Below, piece by piece: positions 1-10,800 of a stretch of 64,000 bases of DNA. Position numbers and translations under genes: made by a program. The notes under the pieces are model-generated. The model had not been told where the DNA came from and did no database searches. It saw nothing but the letters and a program-made list of their open reading frames with translations. The stretch comes from Candidatus Latescibacterota bacterium (GTDB lineage Bacteria > Latescibacterota > UBA2968 > UBA8231), in contig OZ241889.1 in assembly GCA_965203355.1 (NCBI GenBank), forward strand, positions 3,584,001 through 3,648,000, in the 5' to 3' direction. The number at the start of each line of letters is the position of its first letter. Positions within the stretch are counted from its first letter, which is position 1.

Positions 1-1189
1 CCGCCTCTTCGCGCTGATTAGCGAGTTTCAGATTTACGGCGAAGGCTTTCCCGCCGAGGTGCAGCTCACCTCGCCGATTCTCGACCTCGGCGCCGCCAAG
101 GCCCTGACTTCGGTCGAGTGGGACGCGGCCGTGCCGCCCGGTACGCGCATCGAGCTCCGCAGTCGCACCGGCAAGGAAGTCGTCGAGACCATTCACTACT
201 TCGACAAGAAGGGCAAAGAGATCACCGAGCGGAAGTGGAACAAGACGCCTTCGAGCTTGCGCGGGCCGACCGAAACCGCGATCTCGGTCGGTTCGGACTG
301 GAGCATCTGGAGCGATCCGTACGTGACTTCGGGTGCGCTCTTTAACTCGCCCTCGCCGCGCCGCTATGCCCAACTCGACCTGCGGCTGATTTCCGACGAT
401 CCCAACGCAGCCCCGTCGCTCAATGCCCTGCATTTGAACATGGAAAATCCCATGGCCCTCGAAACGCGCGCCGAGGTATTTCCCAGCCAAGTTGAACCCG
501 GCGTCAAAAAGGACTTTACGTACTTTGTCCTGCCCATTTTTGGCGGGCGCGCACAGGGCTTTGACCGCCTGACCATGGCCGCGTCCGTGCCCGTTGATTT
601 TACCAGTCTAACGTTGGGGGACGAGCCGGTGGAGGTCGCGGTCACCCCAGTCGCCGCCGGGTTTGTCGTCGATCTACCGACCCCGGTTCGTCGCTCGGCG
701 CTGATCGAGCTTTCGTTCAGCAGCACCATTTACCAAAACCAGACGCGCTTCGACCTTTTCCTCGGCAACAGCAATCTCGACCCGGCGGTGCGCCAGCGCG
801 TCGACCCAGGCGACGCCAAAGCCGATGTGCCGAGCGAATCCGTCTCCGTGCAACTGCCAATCAACGATCTCTTGCTAGCCAACATCGCCCTTTCGACGGC
901 GGTACTGACGCCCAATGGCGATGGAATTGGCGACGAGCTAGCCATTGAATTTGACGCGCTCAAACTGGTGACGCCGCGACCCGTTCGGGTCCACATCTAC
1001 GACTTGGCCGGCCGCAACGTGCGCACCCTCGACAGCGGCGCTGGGCTGGCGCGGCGCTATCGCTTCACTTGGAATGGCCGCAACCGCACCGGGGCACTCG
1101 TGAGTCCAGGGACCTACTTAGTGCAAATCGAGGTGGCCGGCGACTCCCAGACCGAGACCGTGCAGCGGCTCGTGCCGGTGGCCTACTGA
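1..1189 (+). CDS. Secreted protein with TPNGDG/FlgD-Ig C-terminal domain (5' truncated by window), VAY-family paralog 1
   Basis: Frame open from position 2. WSIWS...SPSPRRY motif, LTPNGDGIGD, WNGRN...PGTY, ends LVPVAY*. Confidence 0.8.
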   Translation, partial: RLFALISEFQIYGEGFPAEVQLTSPILDLGAAKALTSVEWDAAVPPGTRIELRSRTGKEVVETIHYFDKKGKEITERKWNKTPSSLRGPTETAISVGSDWSIWSDPYVTSGALFNSPSPRRYAQLDLRLISDDPNAAPSLNALHLNMENPMALETRAEVFPSQVEPGVKKDFTYFVLPIFGGRAQGFDRLTMAASVPVDFTSLTLGDEPVEVAVTPVAAGFVVDLPTPVRRSALIELSFSSTIYQNQTRFDLFLGNSNLDPAVRQRVDPGDAKADVPSESVSVQLPINDLLLANIALSTAVLTPNGDGIGDELAIEFDALKLVTPRPVRVHIYDLAGRNVRTLDSGAGLARRYRFTWNGRNRTGALVSPGTYLVQIEVAGDSQTETVQRLVPVAY

Positions 1190-1230
1190 GGGGGACTGCT
1201 TTTGCCACTTTACCGCAAAAAGGAACAGCG

Positions 1231-3000
1231 ATGACCCGTGCCGCACTCGCATTAGCTTGCTTAGCCATACCGGTCTCGGCCGCCGAACGGCTCAAAATAG
1301 GCGGCGATGGCCTGGAGTGGGAGCGCAACGCGCTCATCTTCAACGCACTTGAAGTCACCGACGATAGGGGCCTCTCGCCGCTGGAGGCCGACCCCGAAGA
1401 GAATATCCTGCCGCGCATCAAGGAACTCGGCGGCAGCGCGACCACCTCGGTGCGCACGGCAGCGGCGCGCTCCAATCAGATAATCAACGAACTCATCGAC
1501 GGCTCCCACACCACGGGTTGGCGCGTGTACACCAACCCCAACGGCGCTGAACTCGAAGTCGATATGGGTGCCATCTTCGTCCTCCATCGCCTCTATTTTC
1601 GCCGCGGCGTCCTCAACGACGACGAGCGTTCGCTGCGCGGCTACGAGTTCTACGCCAACGACGGCGATTCGCTCAACTTCATCGGCGGCAATCCCGTGTA
1701 CGCGCTCATAGCGCAAGACCGCTCGCACGGCCAGCCCGAGCTCGATCTGAGCTTTCCGCCGACCAAGGTGCGTTTTTTCAGGCTGCGCAGCACGGGCGAA
1801 CGCGGCTTCCAGATGGGCGACCTCGAAGTTTTTGGCGTTGGCGTCACGCCCTTTGCCCAGTACATATCGCACGTGATCGACCTCGGCGAGGCGGCCAACT
1901 TTGGGCCGATCGATGTGTACAGCCGCATCAACGGCACCGCGCAAGCCCAGTTCAGCACCAAAACCGGTTTTGTCGCCGAGGACTCGCTTTACTTCCGCCA
2001 AACCGGCATTCCCGGGGAAGTGGAGGAAGTGGCCCTAGCGGATTTCGACCGCACGCTCGATCCATCGTACGCCGGCGTCGTCCGCGAAAACGACCGCGAC
2101 TGGAGTGCGTGGTCCCCGCCCTACGCCGAGCGGATCAACGCCTCGATCCATTCGCCGGACAACCGGCGCTACCTCCAGTTCCAATTCAAGCTCCTGTCGG
2201 GCAGCTTGCTCGACAAAGCCGTCATCGACTCCGTGGTCTTTAACTACACCGTGCCGGCCCTCGCCGACTCGGTCATCGCCGAAATCAGCCCGGCCACGGC
2301 CATCCTCGGGCGGGAGAACGAATTTACCTATTACCTGCGCTCGGTCGTCTCGAGCGGCAACCGAGGTTTTGACACCGTGATCATCCACACGCCATTTGCG
2401 GCCCGCGCCACCGGCGTACGCGTCGATGGGGTGGAGATTGACAACTTCACCACAGCATCCGATTTGGGCCGCTTGCAGGTGAGCTTTCCCGACCAACGCA
2501 TAACCCGTAGCGGCCAAGAAGTCGCCGTGCGCTTTGCCAGCTTGGTCACCGTCTCCGGCACGGAATTCCGCGCCGAGGTCGCCGACAGCCAATCCGACGC
2601 GTTTCCTCAGCGAGTCGCTTTTGGCGATGCGGTCGCGGAAGCCGCCGACAACACGCTCGTCGTCAGTGCCCGCATCGACGATGAGCTTTTTACCGGCGTG
2701 GTGTTCTCATCTGCGGTAATCACGCCCAATGGCGATGGCATCAACGACCAGATCACCCTCGACTACATTCTGCTCAAGGCGACCCACGAGGTCGAAGTCG
2801 AGGTCGTCGTGTACGATTTGAGCGGCCAGCCGGTGCATCGCCTCTACCAAGCCCGCGATCGCTCCGGTCCCAATCAAGTTAGCTGGGATGGCCGCGACGA
2901 CGCCGGCGCGGTGGTGCCGGGGATGTACTTGCTCCGCCTCAAAGCCGCGACCGACGCTGGCATCGCCACGCAAATGCGGAGTATTGCCGTAGTGTATTAA
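1231..3000 (+). CDS. Secreted protein with discoidin-like N region and TPNGDG/FlgD-Ig C-domain, VAY-family paralog 2
   Basis: AAGGA RBS before ATG 1231, signal peptide (MTRAALALACLAIPVSA), WSAWS...RRYLQ, ITPNGDGIND, WDGRD...PGMY, ends IAVVY*. Confidence 0.8.
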   Translation: MTRAALALACLAIPVSAAERLKIGGDGLEWERNALIFNALEVTDDRGLSPLEADPEENILPRIKELGGSATTSVRTAAARSNQIINELIDGSHTTGWRVYTNPNGAELEVDMGAIFVLHRLYFRRGVLNDDERSLRGYEFYANDGDSLNFIGGNPVYALIAQDRSHGQPELDLSFPPTKVRFFRLRSTGERGFQMGDLEVFGVGVTPFAQYISHVIDLGEAANFGPIDVYSRINGTAQAQFSTKTGFVAEDSLYFRQTGIPGEVEEVALADFDRTLDPSYAGVVRENDRDWSAWSPPYAERINASIHSPDNRRYLQFQFKLLSGSLLDKAVIDSVVFNYTVPALADSVIAEISPATAILGRENEFTYYLRSVVSSGNRGFDTVIIHTPFAARATGVRVDGVEIDNFTTASDLGRLQVSFPDQRITRSGQEVAVRFASLVTVSGTEFRAEVADSQSDAFPQRVAFGDAVAEAADNTLVVSARIDDELFTGVVFSSAVITPNGDGINDQITLDYILLKATHEVEVEVVVYDLSGQPVHRLYQARDRSGPNQVSWDGRDDAGAVVPGMYLLRLKAATDAGIATQMRSIAVVY

Positions 3001-3086
3001 CAGGGCCGGGCCATCTCGGCCGCCTATTTTTGACTGCGCGGCTAGTCGCGCACCAAGCACAAATGAACGCCTAAGGGAGGGTTGTT

Positions 3087-5702
3087 ATGCACAAAGTTAT
3101 GTTCTGGGGGCTTGCCTTGCTGGTTCTAGTGGTCGCCGCGTCCAGCGTCCAAGCAGCCACCCCGGGGCGCGAGCGCGGCGCCACCTCGCAAGTTCGGATC
3201 GAGGGCTTCGACCCCTTGATCCCGACTTTGCGCAAGTGGTACGTGCCCCAGGATCTCTACTACATCTACCATTGGGGAGGCTACAAGTACACCAACTACG
3301 CCAGGGAACCGTTCCAGCGCTATGTCAACACGCAGTTAGAAGGCACGGGCCAGTACGACATCTTCGGCAACTGGATCACCCGCGGCTGGCGCGTTTACGA
3401 GTGGCGTCAGCAGCAGCCGCTGGCCTTTGGCAGCTCGGTATTCAAAGACAGCCGCTTTGGCTCTTGGTTCCAAAACCTACTGGTGGCCGCCGATTCCAAG
3501 GGCCAGTACTACTCCGCGCTGACCGTCGGCGATTACATCCGCACGACCCTGACCCCACTGACCTTCAGCCGCTCGCGCTTCAACGGCGTCCAATGGGACT
3601 TTGCGTCCGACAAGTACGAAGCCACCGTGCTGCTGTCGCGCGTCAATGAACCGGTGCGGTTGGCACAGGGGGGGAACCGAGTGCAAGACACGGACTTCAC
3701 CAACTTCATCGGCCTGCGCGGCCGCGCCCAAGTCGGCGATTTCATGGGCTTAGGCGTCACGTATGTCAATACGAACTTCGGCTCGGCGAGCAGCAATTTC
3801 TCGGAAAACTCGCGCGCTGGCTTGCTGACCAGTAGCCAGAATTCGGGCAACGTCACCGAAATCGTCATCCGCATCGCCGACGACTCGCCCGGCGACGGGT
3901 CGGGCGCGTTGTTCTTTTCGGCGCAGATGATCGTCGATGGCCAAGAGACCGCGGTCAATCCCACTATTGAGGGCGGCCGCCAGCGCGAGGGCTTTCTCGA
4001 AGCCCTCGAAGAGGCCCCGATCCTCCTCCGCTACCGCGTGCCCGACCCGCTGGTGGTGCAAAAGGTCAGCTTTGCCATGGTGCTCTCCAACGACTATCGA
4101 GTGGAGATCACCTCCAACTTGCAGACCAATATCAACGGCCAGCCCATCTTCTTGCCGGTCACTCGCTCCGAAGGCAATGTGCGCGACAACACCAACCAGC
4201 GCGTCGTCCGCTTTGACTACGGACTACCTTCGGCCAACCAAATCGCCAGCGTTGACTTGACCATTGAGGATATATGGGGCTTGGAGGTGCGCGGCGAATT
4301 CGCGCGCAACACCCAGTTTCAGCGCTATCCCAACATCAACATCCAGAAACTGAGCAACCTCAAAAAGAGCAGCCGCACGGCCGATGCTTGGTTTGTCAAC
4401 GCCACGCGCCGCATGAACCGCTACTTTGGCTACGGCGAGGTGTTCAGCATGGATTACGGGTACACCACGCGCGGGTACATCACCGACCAAAACGATGTGG
4501 TGGATTACGAAAACCAGCGCCAGAACTGGTTCGAGTACATCGACGATAACGACGATCAGGACCAACTCGTCGATTGGCCGCGCTTTGGCGGGGCCGGCGG
4601 CGACAACGCCGTCTTCCCCGGCCTCGACGAAAACAACGACCTGCTCTCGGACTTCAACGAAAACGCCAACCTCACCCCGGACTACGAAGAGCCATTCTTG
4701 CGCCACTACATCGACCCGCCCGACTTCCTTTTTGGCGTCGATATGAACCACAATACCGTGGTGGATCGCTTTGAAAACGACGACGAGGCCGACTATCCCT
4801 ACCGCAAGGGTCATCGCGGCTGGAACGTGTACGGGGGAGCCGAGATTTACCCCGGGATCAATCTCACCGTAGGGCGCAATCGCGAGTGGCTGATCGCCGG
4901 CGAAGAGCGGTCAACCGCCCTGTACGCCTTGCTCAGCGCGGTGCGCGACATCGCTAGGACGGGCAAGTTTGAAGTCTTCCACATGATCAAGTCCGTTGAA
5001 GACAACATCGCCGACAACCTGCTGCAATGGGTGCAACGCCCAGGTTCCATTGGCGGCTTGCAGCCTTTTGACGACCCCTTAATCACCGGCAACACCCTCG
5101 TCAATCAGAGCTTCGTCGGCTACAAGTACGCCCGCGGCAACCTGACTTTTGTCAACAAGTTCCGCCTCGATCACTTCAAGCAGCGCGACGACGCGGCCAG
5201 CCGCCTCCGCGACAGCGCGTTCTACGGCGTGATCAACAAGGCGGATTATCCGTTTTCCATTGGGCGCAACATCACCTTTATCCCGCGCTGGAAAAACATG
5301 TGGCGCAAACGCACCCAACCGCGCACCATCCAGCTTGAGATCAACGAGTTGAGTGAGATTTTCTCCTTGTCCGCGGTGTTCCCGGTGCTGACGAGAAGCC
5401 GCGTCGAAGTCGGCGTAGAAGCCATAATTTTCCGCAATGCCGTGGCGATTCCCGACCCCTTGCCGCCCGAATACATCGACGATTTCATCGGCAAGGTGTT
5501 CACCCTACAGTACACCAATCGAGTCCAGTACCAAGGGTACAGCGTCATTTCCAACGTGGGCTTTCAGGTCAACGACATCAACTTTGCCAACCTCACCGAC
5601 CAAGACGTGAGCAACACCATTGCCTTCATCGAACTCTATGCCGGGCTAGACGAAGAGCGCTTGGGCGGCCGGCCCGCCGAAAGAAGGGGATGGAGCTTCT
5701 AA
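3087..5702 (+). CDS. Large secreted protein, putative outer-membrane beta-barrel with acidic Ca-binding-like insert (paralog of 32649..35282)
   Basis: GGGAGG RBS, signal peptide, alternating aromatic/hydrophobic strands in the C half, DDNDDQD...PGLDENND...DMNHN...DRFEND segment shared with the paralog. Barrel fold is inferred. Confidence 0.7.
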   Translation: MHKVMFWGLALLVLVVAASSVQAATPGRERGATSQVRIEGFDPLIPTLRKWYVPQDLYYIYHWGGYKYTNYAREPFQRYVNTQLEGTGQYDIFGNWITRGWRVYEWRQQQPLAFGSSVFKDSRFGSWFQNLLVAADSKGQYYSALTVGDYIRTTLTPLTFSRSRFNGVQWDFASDKYEATVLLSRVNEPVRLAQGGNRVQDTDFTNFIGLRGRAQVGDFMGLGVTYVNTNFGSASSNFSENSRAGLLTSSQNSGNVTEIVIRIADDSPGDGSGALFFSAQMIVDGQETAVNPTIEGGRQREGFLEALEEAPILLRYRVPDPLVVQKVSFAMVLSNDYRVEITSNLQTNINGQPIFLPVTRSEGNVRDNTNQRVVRFDYGLPSANQIASVDLTIEDIWGLEVRGEFARNTQFQRYPNINIQKLSNLKKSSRTADAWFVNATRRMNRYFGYGEVFSMDYGYTTRGYITDQNDVVDYENQRQNWFEYIDDNDDQDQLVDWPRFGGAGGDNAVFPGLDENNDLLSDFNENANLTPDYEEPFLRHYIDPPDFLFGVDMNHNTVVDRFENDDEADYPYRKGHRGWNVYGGAEIYPGINLTVGRNREWLIAGEERSTALYALLSAVRDIARTGKFEVFHMIKSVEDNIADNLLQWVQRPGSIGGLQPFDDPLITGNTLVNQSFVGYKYARGNLTFVNKFRLDHFKQRDDAASRLRDSAFYGVINKADYPFSIGRNITFIPRWKNMWRKRTQPRTIQLEINELSEIFSLSAVFPVLTRSRVEVGVEAIIFRNAVAIPDPLPPEYIDDFIGKVFTLQYTNRVQYQGYSVISNVGFQVNDINFANLTDQDVSNTIAFIELYAGLDEERLGGRPAERRGWSF

Positions 5703-6997
5703 AGCCGCAGACGGCCATCTTGGCCTGGGGCTTGTGGGCCTGCGCCGACGCACCGCCCGAAAGCGCGTCGGCGATCTTGGCCCGAGTGGGCGAAGCCGAG
5801 ATTAGCGCGCGGGATTTTGCCGCGGCGTTAGAAAAGCTCCCGGCCAGCCGCGAAGCGCAGCCGCTTGCCGATTGGCGTCGCCAACTTCAGGCCCTCATCG
5901 ACAAAGAGTTGCTGCTGCTCGAAGCCCAGGCCCAAGGGCTAGACGAAGCGATCGCCGATGCGATGGCCGTTTGGGAGCGCCAAGAACGGGTCGAAGCGTT
6001 GCTCGCACGCGAGATGGGCGAGCGATTGACTTATACGGAAGCCGAGCTCGCGGCATTCTTCGCCGAATCGGGCGCGGGCCGCGAAATTCGCTTGCGGCGC
6101 TTGCCCGTGCGCGAGCGGGCCGCCGCCTTGGCGGCGCTTAGAAAGGCGCAAGAAGGGTTGGCTCTGGACGGAGCGTGGAGCGAGAGCGGGTGGCTCAACG
6201 CACTCAACGCGGGCGACGCGCGCACCGCCGCCCTGTTCCTACAGGAAGTGGGAGCCGTTGAGTTGGTAGAAACGGACGGGCAATTTTTAGTGGTAGCCGT
6301 TGCGGCCGAGCGCTCGGTCTCGTTGGCCGACCGCCGACCGCTCGTGGAAGCGGCCCTAGCTCGGCACAAGAAGCAACAGGCGAACCTAGCCTATCTAGAG
6401 CAGTTGACCAGCCAATACGCGGTGCAGTTAGACACGGCCGCGCTGCGGCAGGTCGCCGCTGGTGCGGCGCGGCCAGCGGTGCGGTTGGTCCGCAGTGCGG
6501 CGGGCGACTGGAGCGTCCGGGACTACCAGCAGGCCCTCGCCCGACTCGGGGCCGCGGCCGGGTCGCCGCCGACCGATGTCAGCGCCCTCGGATTCAAGGT
6601 GACGCGGGCCTTTGTCGCCGACCAAATTCTACCGCGGGAAGCGCGCCAGCACGGCCTAGACGCCGAGTTGGAACCGCGCCGCGCTGAGGTGCGCCAACAA
6701 AAGCTGATCCAAGCCTTGTGGGAGCGAGAAATTTACGCGCACATCGAGCTTGACCCCGCGCAGATACGCGCCTTTTACGAGGCCAACGCGCAACGCTACG
6801 CCCGCTCGGGCGCGCTCGGGCAAAAACTGCAAGCGCAAGTTGCACGCGACCTGCGCGACGCCCAAGCCGTGCCCCTATTCGACCGCTACATCGCGCAACT
6901 GCGCGAAAAATACGCCGAACTCGTCGCGGTGGAGGAAGGGCGGTTGGGGGCGTTTGTCTCCCAACGCAGACAGGCGACCAACCCAGTCGATCTATGA
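5690..6997 (+). CDS. SurA/PrsA-like chaperone lipoprotein (degenerate parvulin)
   Basis: Lipobox-like LWAC, ILARVGEAEIS, LQALIDKELLLLEA (SurA N-domain pattern), LREKY..V ending. Overlaps the upstream gene. Confidence 0.65.
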   Translation: MELLKPQTAILAWGLWACADAPPESASAILARVGEAEISARDFAAALEKLPASREAQPLADWRRQLQALIDKELLLLEAQAQGLDEAIADAMAVWERQERVEALLAREMGERLTYTEAELAAFFAESGAGREIRLRRLPVRERAAALAALRKAQEGLALDGAWSESGWLNALNAGDARTAALFLQEVGAVELVETDGQFLVVAVAAERSVSLADRRPLVEAALARHKKQQANLAYLEQLTSQYAVQLDTAALRQVAAGAARPAVRLVRSAAGDWSVRDYQQALARLGAAAGSPPTDVSALGFKVTRAFVADQILPREARQHGLDAELEPRRAEVRQQKLIQALWEREIYAHIELDPAQIRAFYEANAQRYARSGALGQKLQAQVARDLRDAQAVPLFDRYIAQLREKYAELVAVEEGRLGAFVSQRRQATNPVDL

Positions 6998-7020
6998 GTT
7001 TATCAGAGAGGAGTGTTCCC

Positions 7021-7785
7021 ATGGACGCTGACAAAAAAATTTCCATCCTCGTCGCGGCGGCCCTCTTATTGGCCTGCGGCCATTACCTAATGCCCGGGCG
7101 GTTCCAGCCCTTAGAGGTGGCCCAGCAGTCGACCGACATTCAAGGGTCGAGTATGAAAATCCTCGACGACGGTACGGTCACCTTCGTGCAGAACCGCCTC
7201 GAAGTGTCCGTGCGGCCCATGGACGACGAGGAGATCAATCGCCAGTACCCGGCCCAATCTACCAACGCCAGCGGTCCGGCCGACGAGCTACCGTCCAACC
7301 CGTTCACCTATGGCAATTGGCTCGATCCGCGCACCGGTACGTCTCCGCAGCGTTTGTCCATCTTCAAAATCACGGTCAAAAACTACGAATATCCCAAGGT
7401 TAAGTTCGACCCGCTGCTGGTGAACGTGGAGTCGGCCAATGGGCGGCACTATCATCCTTGGGGCAGCTATGACGTAGAGGAGTACTTTCGGCGTTTTCCG
7501 TTGGCCTTCAACGGTTTGGGCTATATGCGCTTTGACGAGCGTCGCGACCTCTACAACCAAGCCAAGTACCCAGACGACGAGTTTTGCTTCTCCGGGCAAG
7601 AGGTCGAAGGCTACGTGGTTTTCCCCAAGATCCACGACGACGTCGCCGAAATCGCCGTCGAGATTCCCGAGTTCGGCCTGCGCTACAACTTCCGCAACGA
7701 GCCTCTGGAGACTATCGACCTGCGCTTCCGCTTCAAGCGCGCCATTGACAGAGTCAAAAACATCGACAAACTAGCGGCCAATTAG
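7021..7785 (+). CDS. Conserved lipoprotein (paralog of 37645..38400)
   Basis: GAGGAG RBS before ATG 7021 (alternative start 6994), lipobox LLLAC, motifs NPFTYGNW, VKNYEYPKV, FSGQEVEGYVVFP. Confidence 0.7.
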   Translation: MDADKKISILVAAALLLACGHYLMPGRFQPLEVAQQSTDIQGSSMKILDDGTVTFVQNRLEVSVRPMDDEEINRQYPAQSTNASGPADELPSNPFTYGNWLDPRTGTSPQRLSIFKITVKNYEYPKVKFDPLLVNVESANGRHYHPWGSYDVEEYFRRFPLAFNGLGYMRFDERRDLYNQAKYPDDEFCFSGQEVEGYVVFPKIHDDVAEIAVEIPEFGLRYNFRNEPLETIDLRFRFKRAIDRVKNIDKLAAN

Positions 7786-7836
7786 CCGAGCTGGTCAGGC
7801 TGTACAAGCCTAGGGGCAGGCGGCGGCCCCCATTTA

Positions 7837-10800
7837 ATGCTGATCAAATCCCTCCTATTCGCCACCGCGGCCTTCTTTCTGCTATCGGTTACGGCCTTTA
7901 ATCCAGCCACCATAGCGCGCTGGATGGAACGGGCCATCGGCTGGGAACCCCGGCGCGAAGTGCCCGCGACCAGCGAAGCCCCCTCGCTGCGCGAAGCCGT
8001 CGCGCAAATAAACGCCGCCGACCTAGCGCACCACCTCCGCATCCTCACCGCCGACTCGTCCCGCGTTACCGGCTATGCGGGAGCCACCAACGCAGCCCGC
8101 TATATCGAAGGGGCATTCCGCCGACTCGGCCTCCAAGTCACCAGCGAATTTTTCCCCCTTTCCGTTCCGCTAGATCGCGGGGGTCGGCTGCGTTTGGTCG
8201 GCTCGGACGAATCCATCCCCATCTACGGGTTGTGGCCCAATCACGTGCGCACGCCATCCCTGCCACCGGGCGGCGTCTCCGGCCACCTCATAGACTTGGG
8301 GCGCGGCAGTTTGGCCGCGATGGATGGAAAACGGCTAGCAGGTAGTGTCGCGCTGATGGGATTTGGCTCGGGCAACGCCCACGTCCAAGCGCGGGCCTTG
8401 GGCGCACAAGCTATCCTGCTGTACGACGATGGTCGCGTCACGCGCAGCCAGGCCGCGGAAAAATTCCTCCAAGTGCCCGTGGACATCCCGCGCTTTTGGG
8501 TGGAAGCGGCCGACGCCGAACTCCTGCGGCAACACGCGCCCAGCGGCAACGCCCACGTGCATCTCACCGCGCGCATGGATTGGGAGTCGGTCCAGGCACG
8601 CAACATATTCGCCGTGCTCCCGGGCTTGGCCGAGGACATGCCGCGCGGTCAGCGCCGCGAAATCCAGCCGTGGGACGAGCAAATCATCGTCCTGCAAGCA
8701 CACTACGACGCGATCTCGGTCGTCCCGGCGCTGGCCCCGGGCGCCGAGAACGCGACCGGCATGGCGGCACTGCTCGAAATCGCGCGTTTGCTCGTCGCCG
8801 AAGGCACCCGCTACACCGTGCTCTTTTTGGCCACCCCCGGGCACTTTCAAGGCTTGGCCGGCGTCAACGATTTTCTCTACCGCCACGCGCGCAAAAGCGC
8901 GCATTTTCGCGACCAGATCCCGCCCGCCGACCGCATTGACTTCCGCCTCTTCATCGGCCTCGACTTGGCCAGCCACAGCCCGCAAGTCGGCAGCTTTACC
9001 CTGGGCACGTTCTACAACTCGGCTTGGCGCAACGACGACTATCAAAAAAACCTGATGGCGCACTACGCCTCGCGCTTTGCCCGCTACAACCGCGAGATTT
9101 TCGCGGACTCAACGCGCTACCAAGACGCCATTGCCCCGCCGAAGCGGGTGTGGAAAAACTTCATGCCCGTGCGCCTCGCGCTCGACAGCGAGGCCGCGGC
9201 TTTCGTGGGCAAAGAATCGCTCTCCTTCGTCACGCCCAACCAACTGCGCCAGCGCGTTGACACGCCCCTCGACCGGCTCGAATTCGTCGCGCTCGACAAC
9301 CTCGCCGAACAGACTCGCACCCTAGCCGGGCTATTGCTCAAGGCCGCTTCCGACCCGGACTTTTTCAACGACACCAAGCTGACCCTACGCGACTGGGGCC
9401 ACAGCTTAGCAGGCAACATCTACTGGTTCGACCGCGACGTGAATTTTGCCGTGCCCAAGGCCCCGGTGCCCAACGCTCTGGTCACCTATCTCCAGCCCGG
9501 CCCCAACGCCGTGGCCGGCGTGCGCACCCTTATGGCCACGCACGGAGACGAGAGCGGCTACTTCAAGTTCGACATTGTGCGCAACCGCTTTGCCAACCGG
9601 ATCCAAGCCTTTGAACTCGACGAATACGGGCGCATCGTCTCGGCCCCGGACCTCGGCGAAGAAGGCGACAAAACCTATCCGGGCACCCAGCCGTATGGCT
9701 GGTGGGAAAACCGCATGTTGCAGGTCCTGTTTCGCTGCCGCGCCCTGAGCTTTTTGGAGGTGGTTGATCCGCGCTACCTATCGGCCATGGACCGCGTCAA
9801 CGTCCTCGGAGCCAACGACGCGCCGCCGCGTTCCTTTTCCCTCAGCTACATCGAAAACCAGAGCGCCGGGCAAGACCGGGTGGTGCAGGCGGGCGTGGTG
9901 TTCGCCGAGCCGGGCACCCGCGTCAAAATTCTCGCGGGCGAGGGCGCTTTTGGCGGCGAAAGTGCGCTCGCTGGCGTGCGCTACATGCTCACCAATGCGG
10001 ACTCCGCCCTGTTCGCCGACCTCGATCCGGCCCGCGTTGATCTGGCGACCATTGAGCGGGCACAAGGCGCGGGCTTCCGCGTCGAACAAGGACTCATCCC
10101 CTACCCGGCCTGGCAAGCCGCCCGCGACATCTGGATCATCAACGAGGCGCGGATCAAACAAATGGTGCGCCACGGCATCGTCCTCGACCAGCTACAGGCC
10201 ATGCACGAACAAGCGCGCGCTGCCCTGCTCGAAGCCAGCGACAAACGCGCGGCGTTCGATTACACCGGCTACCAGCGCGCCGTCCGCCGCGCCCTCGGGC
10301 TGGAGGCCCGCATCTACCCGGAAATCAAGGCCACGGCCAACGACGCGGTCCGCGCGGTAATTTTCTACTTCGCGCTCCTGTTGCCCTTTGCCTTCTTCTG
10401 CGAGCGTTTCTTCTGCGGCTTCCCGGACGTGCGGCGGCAAATCGCCGGCTTTGTCGGCATCTTCGTCCTCGTGTTTTTGATTCTGCGCTTTGTCCATCCA
10501 GCCTTCAAACTGAGCACCTCGCCGTACATCATCTTTCTCGCGTTTGTCATCCTCGCTTTGGGCGTCCTCGTCATTTTCATCGTCGTGGCGCGCTTTAAGG
10601 CCCTTTTACAACGGCGCAAGGGCGCAGCCGCCGGCCTGCACGAAACCGACGTGGGCCGGATCGCCGCGGGTTTTGCGGCCGTGTTGTTGGGCATCTCCAA
10701 CTTGAGCAAGCGCCGCCTGCGCACCGCGCTGACCGCCGCGACCCTGACCTTTTTGACCTTTACCGTCAACTCCTTTACCTCGGTCAAGTCCAGCTTCGAC

